DNA of 64,000 bases from Sphyrna mokarran (taxonomy: Eukaryota): NCBI GenBank assembly GCA_024679065.1, contig JAGIQG010000009.1, positions 31,248,001 to 31,312,000 on the forward strand. The letters run 5' to 3'. Below the pieces are notes generated by a model. It was not told the DNA's origin, did not search any database, and saw only the letters and a program-made list of their open reading frames with translations. The translations under genes were made by a program, and so were the position numbers. Positions 1 through 13,074 of this stretch are shown here, one piece after another (the first letter of the stretch is position 1; the number at the start of each line of letters is the position of its first letter).

Positions 1-297
1 CTGGCTATTCAGGTAAGTCTTAAGCGATCCCAGCATGTCCATTTCCACCACCCCACTTGGCAGTGCATTCCACTGTGTGTAAAAAACATCCCTCTGATAT
101 CTGAGTTATACCTCGCCCCTCTCATTTTGAGCCTATGACCCCTCGTGATTGTCACCTCCAATATGAGAAAAAATTTCCCACTGTTCACTCTATCTATACC
201 TTCATAATTTTGTACACCTCTATTAGGTCTCCCCTCATTCTCCATCTTTCCAGGGAAAACAACCCCAGTTTACCCAATCTCTCCTCATAGTTAAGAC
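1..297 (-). mobile_element. CR1-clade LINE ORF2 3' fragment (decayed)
   Basis: Minus strand reads like CR1 RT C-terminus (GDLIEVYKIM..GIDRV, RGHRLK, FFT); similar to 31215-31514. Confidence 0.75.
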
Positions 298-959
298 CAC
301 ATTACTGGGGTTTTTTTTGGCTGGACAATTGGTGTCCTAATCTGTTCATCATAACTTAGAGCTAACCTTGCCCTCCTGTGAACCATCTTTCATAGAATCC
401 CAACAGTGCAGGAGGAGACAATTTGGCCCATTGAGTCTCGACTAATTCTCTGACAAAGCATCTCACCCAGGATCCATCCCTGTAACCTCACGTACTTACT
501 CCGTTAATCCAAACTGAAAGGGTTAATAATCACACAAGTATATAAAAAAAAATCACATTAGCTGCAAGTTGAACCTCAGTCGCAGAAGGAAAGGTATGTG
601 CAAGTGACAGGTTTTGATTAAAGTAAGCCTGGGACACTGAGGGGCTCTGTGGTGCAGAGGTGCCCCTGCTGTTCCTGCATCCACAGAAATGAAAATATTA
701 GAGAATGCTATCACTTTTTTTTTCAGCAACTACCATTGATTCTGTTAGGAACCACTGATCAGGTTGCTCAAAACTTGGACCAGGATTTTACATTCCTCCA
801 CCGATGGGTTCTTAGGCAAAGGGTGGTGGCGGGGGGGGGGGGGGGGGCAGGCAGAGGTGGGGGGGGGTGCAACATGACATTGAAAGGACAGGTAACTGCC
901 TGGGTTCCCACTGCCTCAATGCCATAGTGATAAGGACTTGGATAAGGACTTGGTCAGGA

Positions 960-1520
960 AGTCCGCCCTTTCCCTAGTTGAGGTCCTTAAGTGCACAATC
1001 ATTGGTCCCTGAAGGGATATTTCCCACCCATCCCCAATTTTTATGCTGGTGGGAAGATTGGACTTCTGCGGGGAAAGCCTGAAAAAGATGTATTTTGGGT
1101 GTGAAGGGGGACCTCCCTCTAAATTTCCCCCACATCTCCTGCTCCCTTAAGGTCCAATGGTATCCAGACTTTCCTCCTCCCCCGTACCTGCCCCCAAGTT
1201 TGGGAAAGCCTCCTTTATGCTGCTCCAGGTCTTCCCTATCCACTATACTCTGGGACCGCTACCTAGATCACCAGTGCCTGGATCTTGGCTCCAACATCCT
1301 CCTGCATTTCTTCTTCCATCCACTTTGGCACTGTTGCTGCAAGGACTTGAGAGACACCGGCCAACATTAGAGCCAGACTTCCTCCCAGGTGAAGGATGGA
1401 GAGGAGGTTCCTGCTTAAAGCCATCTAATACAATCGGACATGAAATGGCTTAAGACCACTCAGATTCAAAGGACATATGTTTCCCACCAATCTTCAGATG
1501 GCAAGATGCAAAATCCCATC
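960..1520 (-). mobile_element. Possible L1/Tx1-type LINE ORF2 C-terminal remnant
   Basis: Decayed motifs SGLKPFHVRLY*MAL and RSPFTPKI..F..W...I...LKDL resemble the fish L1 ORF2 C-terminus; weak. Confidence 0.35.
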
Positions 1521-1882
1521 ATCCAACAAATTCAGGTTTAAGAGCAACTGGATAGAGCCCACATAAAGCAACTTCTGTCACAGTAGCTTCATTGCAATGT
1601 GAAAGTAAATCTATTTATGACACTAATAATTATTTATGAACTTCAAAATTTGTTGACAAAATTCACTTGAAGTTCCACAATCAGCATCAGGGCCTTGATT
1701 TGCATAAACAAATCATTTGCCAGATTTCTGGTAGAGATCAGACACCAAATAATCACAACTTGCAATACCTGGGGCGTTCCCGCAATGCCTCCACCCCCCA
1801 AAGTTATCTGATGCAAGATTTTCCCATTGCACGTAAATTCTAATTGTTAACATCCCTTTAAATAGAGATAAGTATGTTATTA

Positions 1883-2186
1883 TGGTGGCACAGTGGTTTG
1901 CACTGCTGCCTCACACTACCAGGGATCCGGTTTAATTTGGCTCAGGTCATTGCCTGTGTGAAGTCTGCATGTTCTTTCCATGTCTGCGGGGGTTCCCTTC
2001 AGATGCTCCAGTTTCCTCCCACAATGTAAAAGATGTGCAGGCTAGATACATTGGCCATGCAAAATTTTCCCTTAGTGTAACCCAAATATATGCTGGAGTT
2101 GTGGCGACTAGGGGATTGTCACAGTAACTTCATTACATTGTTCGTGTAAGCCTACTTGTGACACTAATAAATAAACTTTAAAACTT
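1883..2186 (+). mobile_element. tRNA-derived V-SINE, tail type B
   Basis: ggtggcacagtgg..cactgctgcctcac head, V-domain gtttcctcccaca..ttggccatgc, tail cacagtaacttcatt..gtaagcctacttgtgacactaataaa. Confidence 0.85.
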
Positions 2187-2469
2187 TATTATGATGAATA
2201 GGCGAGCAAGTGATTGTGATAGCAGCTCTGAGCAATGCAGGCTGTAATTCGTAACAACTTCAGTATTCCAAAAGGAAGTTAAATGAAATAACTTTTACAG
2301 TGAGGTTTTCATAAGGTAGCTTCTTGGTGTAAGCTTCTTTTATCTCATGACGATATTGCCATCTAGTGACCTCAGTGAGTATCTCAAATTGGTGACCAAC
2401 ATTCAGAGAGAAAATACGAAAAAAAATCTGGACGCTGAAACACTAACAATGAGTAGTGAGCACTAATTT

Positions 2470-2662
2470 CATATGGGAAATAATTGCTTGACCAACCTAA
2501 CTGATTTCTTCCAGAGGTGATGGAAAGTTAGACAGAGGTAACGCTATAGATGTAATTCACCTGCATCTCCAAAAGACCATGAAAGCTGCCACATAATAGA
2601 CTTATGAATAAAATCAGAAGATGCGGAGTCAGGCGACATGTAACAAACTGGACAGCTAATTG
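2470..2662 (+). mobile_element. Old CR1 RT fragment, first part (continues at about 6105)
   Basis: cttgaccaacctaactgatttctt..atagatgtaattcacctg (CLTNL..FF, DVIYLDF-like), ending at aattgg (NW). Confidence 0.6.
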
Positions 2663-2902
2663 GCATTACATTTTTCTGTTCTTTAAAATAAACGTACTAA
2701 TCAGGCACAAAGATTGGCGAAACAATATGAATTCCTTATTTGAAGGTAAGACAATATACAGACAGTGTTCATTAGGAGGTTACCAGGCCTCAACCACAGC
2801 TGCTTACAGGCTGATGGCAAACCATGGAACTATTACATGTTGAGGATGTTGACAGTAGTTTGGGATATACTCCCTTAAAGTGCATATCACCATATCACTA
2901 CA
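2663..2902 (-). repeat. 3' LTR of the Gypsy element
   Basis: Starts TGTAGTG on minus after aaaatgggaa; shares ataaacgtac.aatcag.ca.a and aaagtg..t.tca..at.tcac.a.a with 5404-5527. Confidence 0.6.
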
Positions 2903-5403
2903 TTCCCATTTTCTGAAATTAAGAGTTAATAAAAGAATCAAACTATTTACATGAAAGCAAAAAAAAAATGGTTTAGTGTCTGAATGTACTTCAATATATG
3001 ACAATAAATTTGTAAGTCTCTGGAACATATTGGTAATTTGCTTCTTTATCCAGCTTTCTTTATGGTAACATTTGCTGAGGCTGCTGTATGTTTGCAGAAT
3101 GCTAATTATCGTTGCTTTGCTTGTATTACATTTTAACAGTGTTCTAGTCACAGTAGGAATGCTTGGTGTTTCTGGTTATGACATTGTCCTCATTTGGGAA
3201 CAGTTTCATTATATTGTCATGCCATCTAATGTTCATGTTTGATGCAATCTTTGTTCTGGACACATGCTGATAATTTCTCTGGATTCAAGTACCATCAGTT
3301 GGATGTTATATTCGAACTTTCCAATATTCACGGTGGATCACATAACCTATATGCTGGCTCTGGGCATCTTTTGTCTTCCACTGTTTTTTCGATCAGGGAA
3401 TCATGTGTATCTGGGGAGCATCAACAAGTGACGTCTAGGGAAGTTTTTCACACTAGTCTGCTGAATGGTAATTCTGCATTGGTTTGCAGTGCAATGTTTG
3501 CAAAGATGATGTGGATGTACATATTCAGCTCAAGCAGTTGTGTGTAGCCTATTGGCTGATGATCTACAGAATTATATCATCTACCCCAGTGTTAGCATAA
3601 GGTTTCCAATCGTGCTGCTTGTGGTCACTGGACTTCACCATCATCTTGAGGATACTACGAAAAATGTCCAAGGAGATGCACTCACATGCTGGGATGCCTG
3701 TGGCGTCCACAATAGTAGTGACGCTTGTGTGTAATGGATCCCGGGGATGGAAGTTCTGAGACATTGTACCCAATGAGTTTAGCACTGGGCAGTCAAATCA
3801 CCATTTGTCACGTCTGTAAATATATACATTTCAATGTGCCAGTCGAAAGGATGCTTTGCACTGGTATCCACTTTTGCATATAAGTTATGCTGACCCTTCA
3901 TCTGATGGTGTCAAGGGCTTCTGTTGGCACTGATGCGGCAATGCATTCTTTGATGCTCATCAAGCTGAATGCCTATTCACTTTGAATGTTGATGTTCTGT
4001 GTCATTCTCATCATCATTAACTGATCAGAAAGCTTAGCTAACTATGTTGTGGATCTTGCATTTGCACTGTTTAGTATGTACTCTTGGTTGGTTAGAATGC
4101 TGTACCTGTCTGGTCTCTCTTTGTGGCTTCTCACAATTTCAAACTACTTGTTTTGGTCTTTGCCTTCTCTGTTGGCACTTCCACATGTCTTGCATACAGC
4201 ATTAAAAGCTTCAATCTATACCATTTAGTTTGGTGCAATAGGACATTGTGGAATGCTCCCACTGAGGTGGATGTTATCATGATCTTGTTTATTCTGTCAG
4301 CTAGCTCTGTCACCATGATGTTGCAAATATGTCCTTTATCTCGGAATCTACTTACTCCAAGTGGTGCCTTCAGAAGCTGAATTGATCTTTAAGTGTTGAC
4401 TAAAGTTTATCTGGATTTTTAAAATGATCTTCAGATAAGCCTGATGAATTTAGTCTGCAGAGGCCTTCAGTTCCCAAATCAAATTGTTATCTTGTGTGTC
4501 TAGATTGGAAATATTGAGGCCCAGAAAACACTAAAGAGATTTTTTTGCTTTCCAGTTGTGTGTTGGAAATTGTGTGGTCATCTTTTAATTTCTTGCATGA
4601 TTTCTAATGCTATCGGGATCTTTGACAACTATGTAAGTTTCTCCATCTTCTTTTGGAGTTAAGTTTGCTCCAAGTTCACAGAATCACAGAGTACCACAGT
4701 GCAGAAGAGGCTCTTCGGTCCATTGAATCTGCACCGATGCATGAAAGGCCCTGACCTGCCCACATAATCCCCGTTGCCCAGCATTTGGCCCATAACCTTG
4801 TGCAGTACTATTAGTTGTCACTGCCTTAGCTAGTCATGGGTTACTGCTTAACTACAATGGTGGCACTGCTGACTGCTTCCTGGTTTTGCTCAGCTTAACT
4901 CTAAGCTCCACCAATAAAGCGATGATTTAGGCAGATCTTTGAATATGAAAGCAAACAGTGATAAAAATGACTTTTTTTTACAGACTCCTTCTGGCTGCTG
5001 GGAGCTTTTAAGGGATGCATTCTACTTAGCTCAGTTTGCAGTACTTTCTTTCCCCAGAAGCAATAGTGATAGAATGCCTTTCCTGTCTAAGTTTTACTTA
5101 CAGGGAGAATCTCCAGACTTTGCTATTTCATTTCTGCTCCTGCTTGAACTTCACAGCAGATAGACTATTACTATTAAGCTCTGCTAAATTCAAACAATAT
5201 TACTGGGACATAATGCCTGCTGGCAAAGCATAACCCAGAACAGAAGTATAATGAGTAGAATCTCTACAAAGCTTCAGAATTCTTACACAGGGTGAGCTTT
5301 AATAGAAGTTCCACTTTCGCACCAGCTCTTTTCTTTTGCTGGATGCTAAGAGGTTGAAGTTGATATAATTTACAATCAAACCTTCAAAGCCACACTGCCA
5401 CCA

Positions 5404-5527
5404 TGTTACTTTCTTCTTTTATTTGACATAAACGTACCAATCAGACATAAGGAGTGTTAAACAATAACGTGTGTTCTTTATGTGAAATTAAACCCCATTA
5501 AAAAGTGTGTGTCATTATGTCACAATA
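5404..5527 (-). repeat. 5' LTR (internally shortened) of the Gypsy element
   Basis: Ends ...gtaaca immediately before tggtggcag on minus; matches both ends of 2663-2902. Confidence 0.6.
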
Positions 5528-5869
5528 ACTGACTGCAAATCAGAATTCATGGAATCCCTACAATGCAAAAAGAAACCATTTAGCCCATGAAGCTTGTACC
5601 AACAACAATCCCATCTAGATTCCATTCCCACGTATTTACTCTGCCAATCCGCCTGACACTAAGGCACAATTGGGCTTAGCTGAGATTGAGGTCGGTGCAG
5701 ACTTGATGGACCAAATGATCTCCTTCTGTACTATGGGGATTCTACGAACTCCACATTCCCATCACCTCCTGGATGAAGTGCTTTCTTCTAAATTCCCTAT
5801 TTGAATTCTTAGTTTTTATTTTGGTGATCTTTAATTTTGTTCTTCACCACGGGAAGATCTTTCATAATT

Positions 5870-6103
5870 TTAACATGGCCAATTGAGGTAATCTGCACAT
5901 TTTTGGATACTAAGGGCAATTTAGCATGGCTAATTCACCTAACCTGCATTTCTTTGGAATATGGGAGGAAACCAGAATACCCACAGGAAACCCATGCAGA
6001 CACAGGGAGAACATACAAATGCCACACAGACAGTGAGCCGAGGCCAGAATTGAACCAGGGTCCGTGGCTCCGTGAGGCAGCAATGCTAATAACTGTACCA
6101 CCA
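5870..6103 (-). mobile_element. HE1-like V-SINE
   Basis: Reverse complement of tRNA head plus V-domain (gggaggaaaccag..aggaaacccatgcagacac). Confidence 0.85.
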
Positions 6104-6104
6104 C

Positions 6105-7320
6105 AAAGAGTAATTGTAAAGGGTAACTAATTAAAGTGTGGGAAGGTGGAAAGTGGAGTCCTCCAAAAATCAGGTTTAGTCCACAGTTTATCATAATGAT
6201 TTAAACTTTGGAGTCCAAAGTGCAATTTCTAAAATTGTGGATGACATTAACTTGAAGTAGGGAACTTGTGAATACTGAAAAAGATTGCAACTAGTTAAAA
6301 AAAGGTATTAATAAACTCGTGGAATGGGCATATAATTCAGACATGAATTTCGACACAGTTAAGTGTAAGACATTTTGGTAAGAAAAATAAGAAGGTGATA
6401 TTTTAAATAAAAATGAGAATCTAAATGGGATAAAGGAACAAATCAATCTGAAATAACAAATCACACACATCACTAAAGATAGCACCATAGGTCAGTAATG
6501 CCACATGACCAATAAGCTAAGCACTGAGGTTTATTTCTCAAGAATTAGAATTGAAAAGCAGGAAGGTGTTTGAGAACTCTGGGTCTATTCCCAATGGAGT
6601 TTAGAAGGACAAGAACGATCTTATTGAAACTAGCAGACTACTAAAAGGCCTGGATAGAGTGAACGTGTGAAAGATGTTTCCATAGAAGGCAAGACTTAGA
6701 ATAAAGAAACGACCCTTTAGAACAGAGATGAGGAGGAATTTCTTCAGCCAGAGGGTGGTGAGTTGATGGAATTCATTGCCATAAAAGGATGTGGAGGTCA
6801 AGTCATTAAGTATGTTTAAGACAGAAATAGATAAGTAGAAATAGATCTTGATTGGTAAGGGGATCAAAAATTGTAGGGAAATAGCAAAAGAATAGGATTG
6901 AGGAACTTATCAGCCATGATTGAATGATGGAGAAGACTTGATGAGCCAAATGGCCTAATTCTATTCCTTTATCTAATGATCTAAGTTATGCTAAATTCAC
7001 ATTGATATTTGATTAGAACATACCTGGAGTTCTCTGTACAGTCCTGGTCAGTGCGTTATAGAAAGAACATGGAGGCATTGAAGAGAAGCGAAAAATGACT
7101 TATAAGGATGTTACCATATTGGGAAAGAAATAACAGTTGAAGTTTCATTCTTCTTGAATAGAAAACACTGAAGGGCAACCTAATAGAGACATTTAAAATT
7201 ATAAAAAATCTTTCCGTGATGAAAAGCAAAAATCAGAGATCATCAAAATAAGAACTAAGAATTCAAACAGGGAATTCAGAAGAAAGCACTTCACCCAGGA
7301 GGTGATGGGAATGTGGAGTT
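6105..7320 (+). mobile_element. Old CR1 RT fragment, second part, containing a younger CR1 3' end at about 6570-6983
   Basis: agtggagtcctc (SGVPQ-like), tttctaaaattgtggatgac (ISKFADD-like); younger insert ends in gccaaatggcctaattctattcc. Confidence 0.7.
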
Positions 7321-7632
7321 CATAGAATCCCTACAGTGCAGAAGGAAGCCATTTGGCCCATCAAGTCTGCACTGACCACAATCTCAGCCAGGCCCTATTC
7401 CTGCAATCCTCCATACTTACCTTGCTAATCCCCGACACTAAATTTAATTTAACATGGCCAATCAACTTCACCTCCTAACTTGCAGATCTTTGGAGTGTGG
7501 AATGAAACCGGAACCCCTGGAGGAAACCCACACAGATACAAGGAAAATGTGCAAACTCTACGCACCCAAGGCCAGAATTGAACCCGGGTCCCTGACACAG
7601 TGTGAGGTACTACCACTGTGAGGTAGTGGTGG
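7321..7632 (-). mobile_element. HE1-like V-SINE, tail type A (CR1/HER1 tail)
   Basis: catagaatccctacagtgcagaagga tail, V-domain, tRNA head. Confidence 0.85.
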
Positions 7633-8482
7633 CCCATTACCAAAGAGAGTAGATGAGGTGAATTGTATAGTCACATCTAGATAATCATGAAAGAAAACAT
7701 ATGATGTTAGATGAGGCGAGCATTCAAGTGGAACATAAACATGAGTACGGACTCGCTGGGCCAAATGGCCTGTTTCTATGATATATATTCCAACTAATTT
7801 TATGTAACATTCTCCCCTCAACTGACTTTGCCCAAAAAATTAGATTAACTGGTCATTCATCTCATCTGGTGTCTATGCAATCTTGTATTAAGCAAGTGAC
7901 AGCCACATTTGCCACAAAAGATGGTGAAGCACTTTCAGATGTCCTGAGAACATTATGCAAAACTATATAAATGCAAATTCCTGCAATTTTTTTTAACTCC
8001 AGTGGTGACAGATTTTTTTAAAATTCACCAAGGTCATTTCTCATGCTGTAGCAGTTATGTCAGCCCTAAGTTAAACATGAGAGCAGACAGACTCCTTCAC
8101 ACAGGGAAGTTGATGTTTTTTACTGCAGCAACCGTAAAGTACACAGTGTTACCTGGAGAGATTCACTGTGACCCACCTGTCCTTTCTTTAGTGGGGCGGA
8201 CAGTTTTTTTCTAATTCAGATAAAACGGTGAGATTAAGTAACAGCCTCAAAATAGGATAGAGAGTCCCATTGACATTGGGCATTTTGAAATGGGCTGACT
8301 GCTGGATATCCAAAGCACATGGATTAATGTGGATCAGAGTCCTACAACATAAACAGGACCCTAATTGCCATGTTTGGTCTGATATAGTAGAAACCTCTGA
8401 CAGTTCCAAGGGCAAAGAGACCTACCAAAGGGAAGCAACAACTTCTGAGGACCACTAAAATAATCTGAGCCATTGCCATCTT

Positions 8483-8835
8483 GGGAGGGTAATGGCCTAG
8501 GGATATTATCGCTATTAATCCAGAAAATCATTTAAAGTTGTGGGGACCCAGGTTCAAACCCTGCCATGGCGGATGACAGAATTTGAATTCAATAAAAAAA
8601 AGTGGACTTAAGAATCAACTGATGACCATGAAGCCATTGTTGATTGTTGAAAAAACCCAACTGGTTTGCTGATGTCCTTTAGGGAAGGAAATCTGCCATT
8701 CTTACCTGGTATGGCCCACATGTGACTCCAGAACCACAGCAATGTGATTGACTCTCAACTGTCCTCAGGCAACTAAGGATGGGCAATAAAAGCTGGCCTG
8801 CCAGTGACGCTCATGTCCCATGGATGAATGAAAGA
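8483..8835 (+). mobile_element. tRNA-headed SINE (type C) with tail of the LINE family at 52109-56470
   Basis: B-box-like ggttcaaacc; tail ggcaactaaggatgggcaataaaagctggcc..cccatg shared with LINE ends at about 45530-45600 and 56410-56470. Confidence 0.8.
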
Positions 8836-8983
8836 ACCTTTCTCCATCTGTGACTAGGACTCTCCAAACACTCCCCTCCATTGCCCTTGTCTCATTTACC
8901 TCAATGCTGGCTGGCTCAGCCCAGTATAGAGGCTTCAACTAGTGGGCAGTTTTGGGACACATGTTTGGTGTCCTTCAGCTTAC

Positions 8984-9100
8984 CTGAAAAAAGTAAATGA
9001 GGTCTTTGCCTTAAAATCACAAGGGCTTTTTCACCACCAGAATGGGCCTTCAGTCAGTTTGCTCCACCAGTCAGTGGAGTCACAAAGGCCAACATTGATC
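8984..9100 (-). other. Exon-like segment, 117 nt (non-coding or pseudo-exon)
   Basis: Acceptor ttttgtctgttcttttcacctcag and donor cag|gtaagc; a stop codon in all three frames. Confidence 0.3.
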
Positions 9101-9759
9101 CTGAGGTGAAAAGAACAGACAAAACAAATGGGATATATTAGCAGAAGTAATAGGAAGCACAAAATGACTACATACATATGTCCTGTCATTTCTATATCCC
9201 AAAGCGATTGATTCACCAAGTCTTTAAAGAAGTGGACCATCAATGGCTCCATTTGATTGGGCTCTCACTTGGTGCCTATCATCCGAAATATTTCCACTTT
9301 TCTCTTGTTAGTTAGGATGCAAAAGTCAAAAAGCTAAAGGAACAGTGAAGGCAGCACAGCGTCCGCTAACACATCACCATTTTAATGATAGCCAGATCTC
9401 ACCCGGCGCCTTATCATTTGCTGAGCCTTGAATGTGTTACCATTTGGTGCTGGCCCATTGGGATTTCATTAAAATATAGCCTGGCCGCCTCAAGAAAGAA
9501 ATATGATGTCTGAAGAAATGAAAAAGCAAGATCTATGTGTCTTCGGAGAAGTAAAATCTTATTTCGATGTGAAAGTACAGCTTGAGTCAGTAGTAGCATT
9601 TATATGTCTTCACTTCCTGCCTCAGTGCTGCCACCTTTGGAGTCCCTAAATAAACCACCTCACTTTCATTCTGTTCTTATTGATAGCATTTGAAAAGATA
9701 GAGTTGCCTTTGGCACAAAGGTTGGCCATAAGCTGCTCTAATCTCTCCACAACTTCCCT

Positions 9760-10210
9760 CAACACCTGTAGCAACCTGAAACATCTGCTTCTTAGACACA
9801 AGAGTTCTGGGCTCATAGACAGTCTTGAATACCACTCTAGTGCCATACTGAGAGAATGCCACACTGCTGGAGGTGCAGTCTTTCCAATGAGGTACTAAAG
9901 CAGTCATTTGAAATATACTGTAACATGAAACCAAGGTCTTGTCAACTTTCTCAGATAGATGTGAAAGGTTCCATGGTCATATTTAAAGTAAAGCCAGTGT
10001 TCTAGTCAATATTTATTACTTTAGCAATGTTATTAATACAATTCAAATATTAATTTATTTCATTGATGTATATTGGATGTGAAATAGACTATCACATTGC
10101 CTCACATTGCAACAGTAGCATTTCAAAAGCGCATGGATTCTGAAATGCTTCTGGGACATCCAGAGGTGGTGAAAGACACAATGCAAATCAGGTTTAATCG
10201 TTCTTTCTAT
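9760..10210 (+). mobile_element. Ancient DeuSINE (SacSINE1/AmnSINE1-like)
   Basis: actgagagaatgccacactgctggaggtgc..gatgtgaaaggttccatgg..gggacatcc.gaggtggtgaaagacac; related copy at 36780-37130. Confidence 0.65.
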
Positions 10211-11146
10211 CCATGAATGAATTTGCATGGTAATTCTGTCTGATACTAAATTGTCTGGAATAACTGATATTAATCATCCTGAGATATTATGGTGTTTCGT
10301 AAAATTCCTTTAAATAAATCCAAAGACAATAGTCTGAATTCGAAATGCAGCTGCCAGGGGTGAGAGTGAGAGCCAATGCCGCTGTGATGAGTGACAGGAT
10401 TCCGGGGTGGCATTTTGCTGGTGGTGGCATGTTAACTAAATATGAGGACTGGGATATTCACACAAGTGTTGTCAGCCTAATCAAGGCACCAAGAGCTCTG
10501 TGGCTTCAGCACTATCTTTGCTAACAATGGCTAGTTATGAGGCTACATCACCAGGGAAATGCTGAGGCAGCTTTGACAATGTTCCAGGAAAGCTAGGCCA
10601 AGAAGACAAACCTTGGGGAAGCTTATTGCACTAGCAGTGCCTTGCCATTGCTGTGAGGTGGCATCACCTGGAGCACCCATTAAAGAGGCCCTCACCCCTG
10701 CAAAACCTGCTTGGAGGCTACTGTCAATGCTATTGAAATGGATAGGCACATATCACTCATAAGACAATGTATAAGAGGTTCTTGACAGAGTGGATGTGGA
10801 AAGAATTGCTGGAATTTTACCTATACGCCCTCCTCCTCCACTCCCTCAATACAGCCACACCCCACTCAGTTCCAGGGTGGCGAGACTCACAGAATAGAAT
10901 TTTCCATTGGCCTCAGATGGGATTTTACAAGCCTCGCCTGAGCAAGATCATAAAATACTGGCAGATTGTTCTCTTTTTGGGATAATCTAAACTAGGGGTC
11001 ACTTTAAAAATAAAGGGTTACTCATTTAAAATAGAGATGATGGACAGTTTTGTTCTCTCAGAGGGTCGAAAGCCTTTGAATCCTCATCTTGAAAATCTAT
11101 CCACTTCGAATATTTGTAAGTCAGGAGTGGATAGATATTTGGTAAG

Positions 11147-12131
11147 TGTTAAGGGACAGGCCAGAAACTCAAAGGTGTTTTGTGAAATTAGCTTGGATCC
11201 TAAGTTTTACATTTGATTTTGGCATTGGTGAGCATAAAGTGTTTCACTCCAGATATAATCCAAGCAACCATTAGGAAGCTTTTATCAAACAATAAACACA
11301 GAATATAACAAGAAGAATTAGTGTAACTTTACACAATGACAAGACTTAAACATGACACTGCATAGCTCTTAACAGCTAGCTATCTCTGTTGTTCCAACGT
11401 AAAAACAATACCCCATTGACATACAGCCTTCTTCAGAACTAATTAGCTTTAAAACAAATATATTCACATGATGCTAGGTTTCCAGTTTTAGCACCTATTG
11501 ACAGAAATCCAAACAGCTGGTTTCAGGAAAGGTATGTCCTCAAAACAGTAGAAGAGAGAAGTTAACCTAGTCTTTAGTTTTCAGACTTCAGAGACAAAGG
11601 ACTTTCTCTCTTTCTGCAGCTTCCAAAATAGCAACATTCAAACAAAAGAATTTCCAACTCCAGAGAGGGAAAACAAGAGACACTGCTCTCTTTCTCTCTC
11701 TCTGTCTCAAGTTCAAACCACATCTGAAAGACTAATCTGGAAGTCTCTGTCCCCAGTCATATAATCTGATTTGTCAATTATCCCAATTAAGCTCTACTCT
11801 GTAATCCCAGGATAACATTAAAAAAGAACACCGCATTAGTACAGATTAAAATAAAAATAATGGCCAGAATTTTATCAGCCCACCTGGCATGTGAATTGGA
11901 GCTAGTGAGGGGAAGACTGTGGAAAGGTCTGTTGACCTTGGTTGGATTTTATGGATTTGGGATGAGCGAAGCTGTAAAATCCCACCCTATGACAATTATA
12001 CTGCTTCAGTAACATTAAAGGGTACCGACTGTAGACAAAATGGTTCTGGTAAAATGCCAGGGATTGCTTGAAACATCCTGCAGAGAAACATGATTAAAAC
12101 ACACATTTCATAAAGGCACAACATCGTCACA
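11147..12131. mobile_element. Probable solo LTR inserted in a CR1 3' fragment
   Basis: TGTT...CACA termini; CR1 tail text breaks at 11146 (gatagatatttggtaag) and resumes at 12132; no clear TSD. Confidence 0.5.
11861..11987. mobile_element. Short MITE (Harbinger-like TIRs), nested in the solo LTR
   Basis: ggccagaatttta...taaaatcccaccc; close match to 18843-18968. Confidence 0.6.
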
Positions 12132-13074
12132 CAAACAAGAGGTGATAGGTAGTCAGGGGTAAACAGGATACAGATCTGAGGTTACTATAAAACCATCCAT
12201 CATCTTATTAAATGGCAGAGCAGCCTCAGGAGGTCAAATAATTTACTTCTGCTCTTTGTTCATATGTTCATTCGTTTAGATTTGGCAACATTTATACACA
12301 GGTAGAAAGCTTGAAGACATAAGTAGCAGAGATGTATAATCTGCTCAGAAGCAAAAATGAAACTGAGATTGGGTCACATGACACACTTCCTTTCTAGTGA
12401 TGTTATGCAGGTAGCCCTGAAAAGCATATTATAATAACTGTCTCCGGTGCTTGCCCTATGAAGCAATGGATCCTCAAAGATATGGTTTAAATGCCAAGGA
12501 GGTTGGAAAACAGCACTGAATTATGCCTTGGAGTGGCTCAACTGCCTAGTGGGCAGTCACTATGCCAAGGATTTCATCACTGGCAGTATTGCATGGTGAC
12601 AGCTAGATGCCAGAGTCCCTCCCGACACCTTCCCATTTCTCTGTCCACCTACAGAGGACCAGGAATATTCAATTCAGTTAGTGGGATTATTGTTTTCCCA
12701 ACAAACAGTGGCAGTACTTTGTATCCGGCCATTTTTGTATCAGCCCACCTCTGTCGTCAATTTGATTACAGGTGGTCCTTACTTTAGCCCAATGAAAATA
12801 AAGTTGGCAGGCACTGCCGTGTGGGAGGCAGGATTGTGATGTTGGGATATCACCTGATTCCCAATTACCAGGTCAAATGTGAAATTATGGACTACTGTGG
12901 TTCACGTAGAAGAATTATTCCCTGATTACCCTAGGTGGGTATTGCCTTCTGCAGAGATTCTGTCACCACCATCATCACCTCGCACTCTCCCCCCTCCCCT
13001 CCACCCCCACTCCGCCCTTCCTCCTCACTCTTCCTTCGCAAGGCCTCTGGTCATCCTCCAAATCATGCAGTAAT

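Larger units (their letters stand above)
2663..5527 (-). mobile_element. Decayed Gypsy/Ty3 LTR retrotransposon lacking detectable RT/RNaseH
   Basis: Two related LTRs, PBS-like TGGTGGCAG after the 5' LTR (5395-5403), purine tract before TG of the 3' LTR, gag-like LGTEG (about 4460), VDTSA protease-like motif (about 3860), integrase-like HDWKPY (3564-3785). Confidence 0.65.

Noticed and set aside
820-870. G-run cluster with G-quadruplex potential
   Set aside because: Simple homopolymer runs with no supporting context; length may be unreliable in the assembly.
2357-2370. CTCF-like motif gccatctagtgac
   Set aside because: A single imperfect short match; cannot be supported from sequence alone.
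5251-5291. Possible first coding exon MSRISTKLQNSYTG with gtgag donor
   Set aside because: Lies inside the internal region of the Gypsy element, antisense to it.
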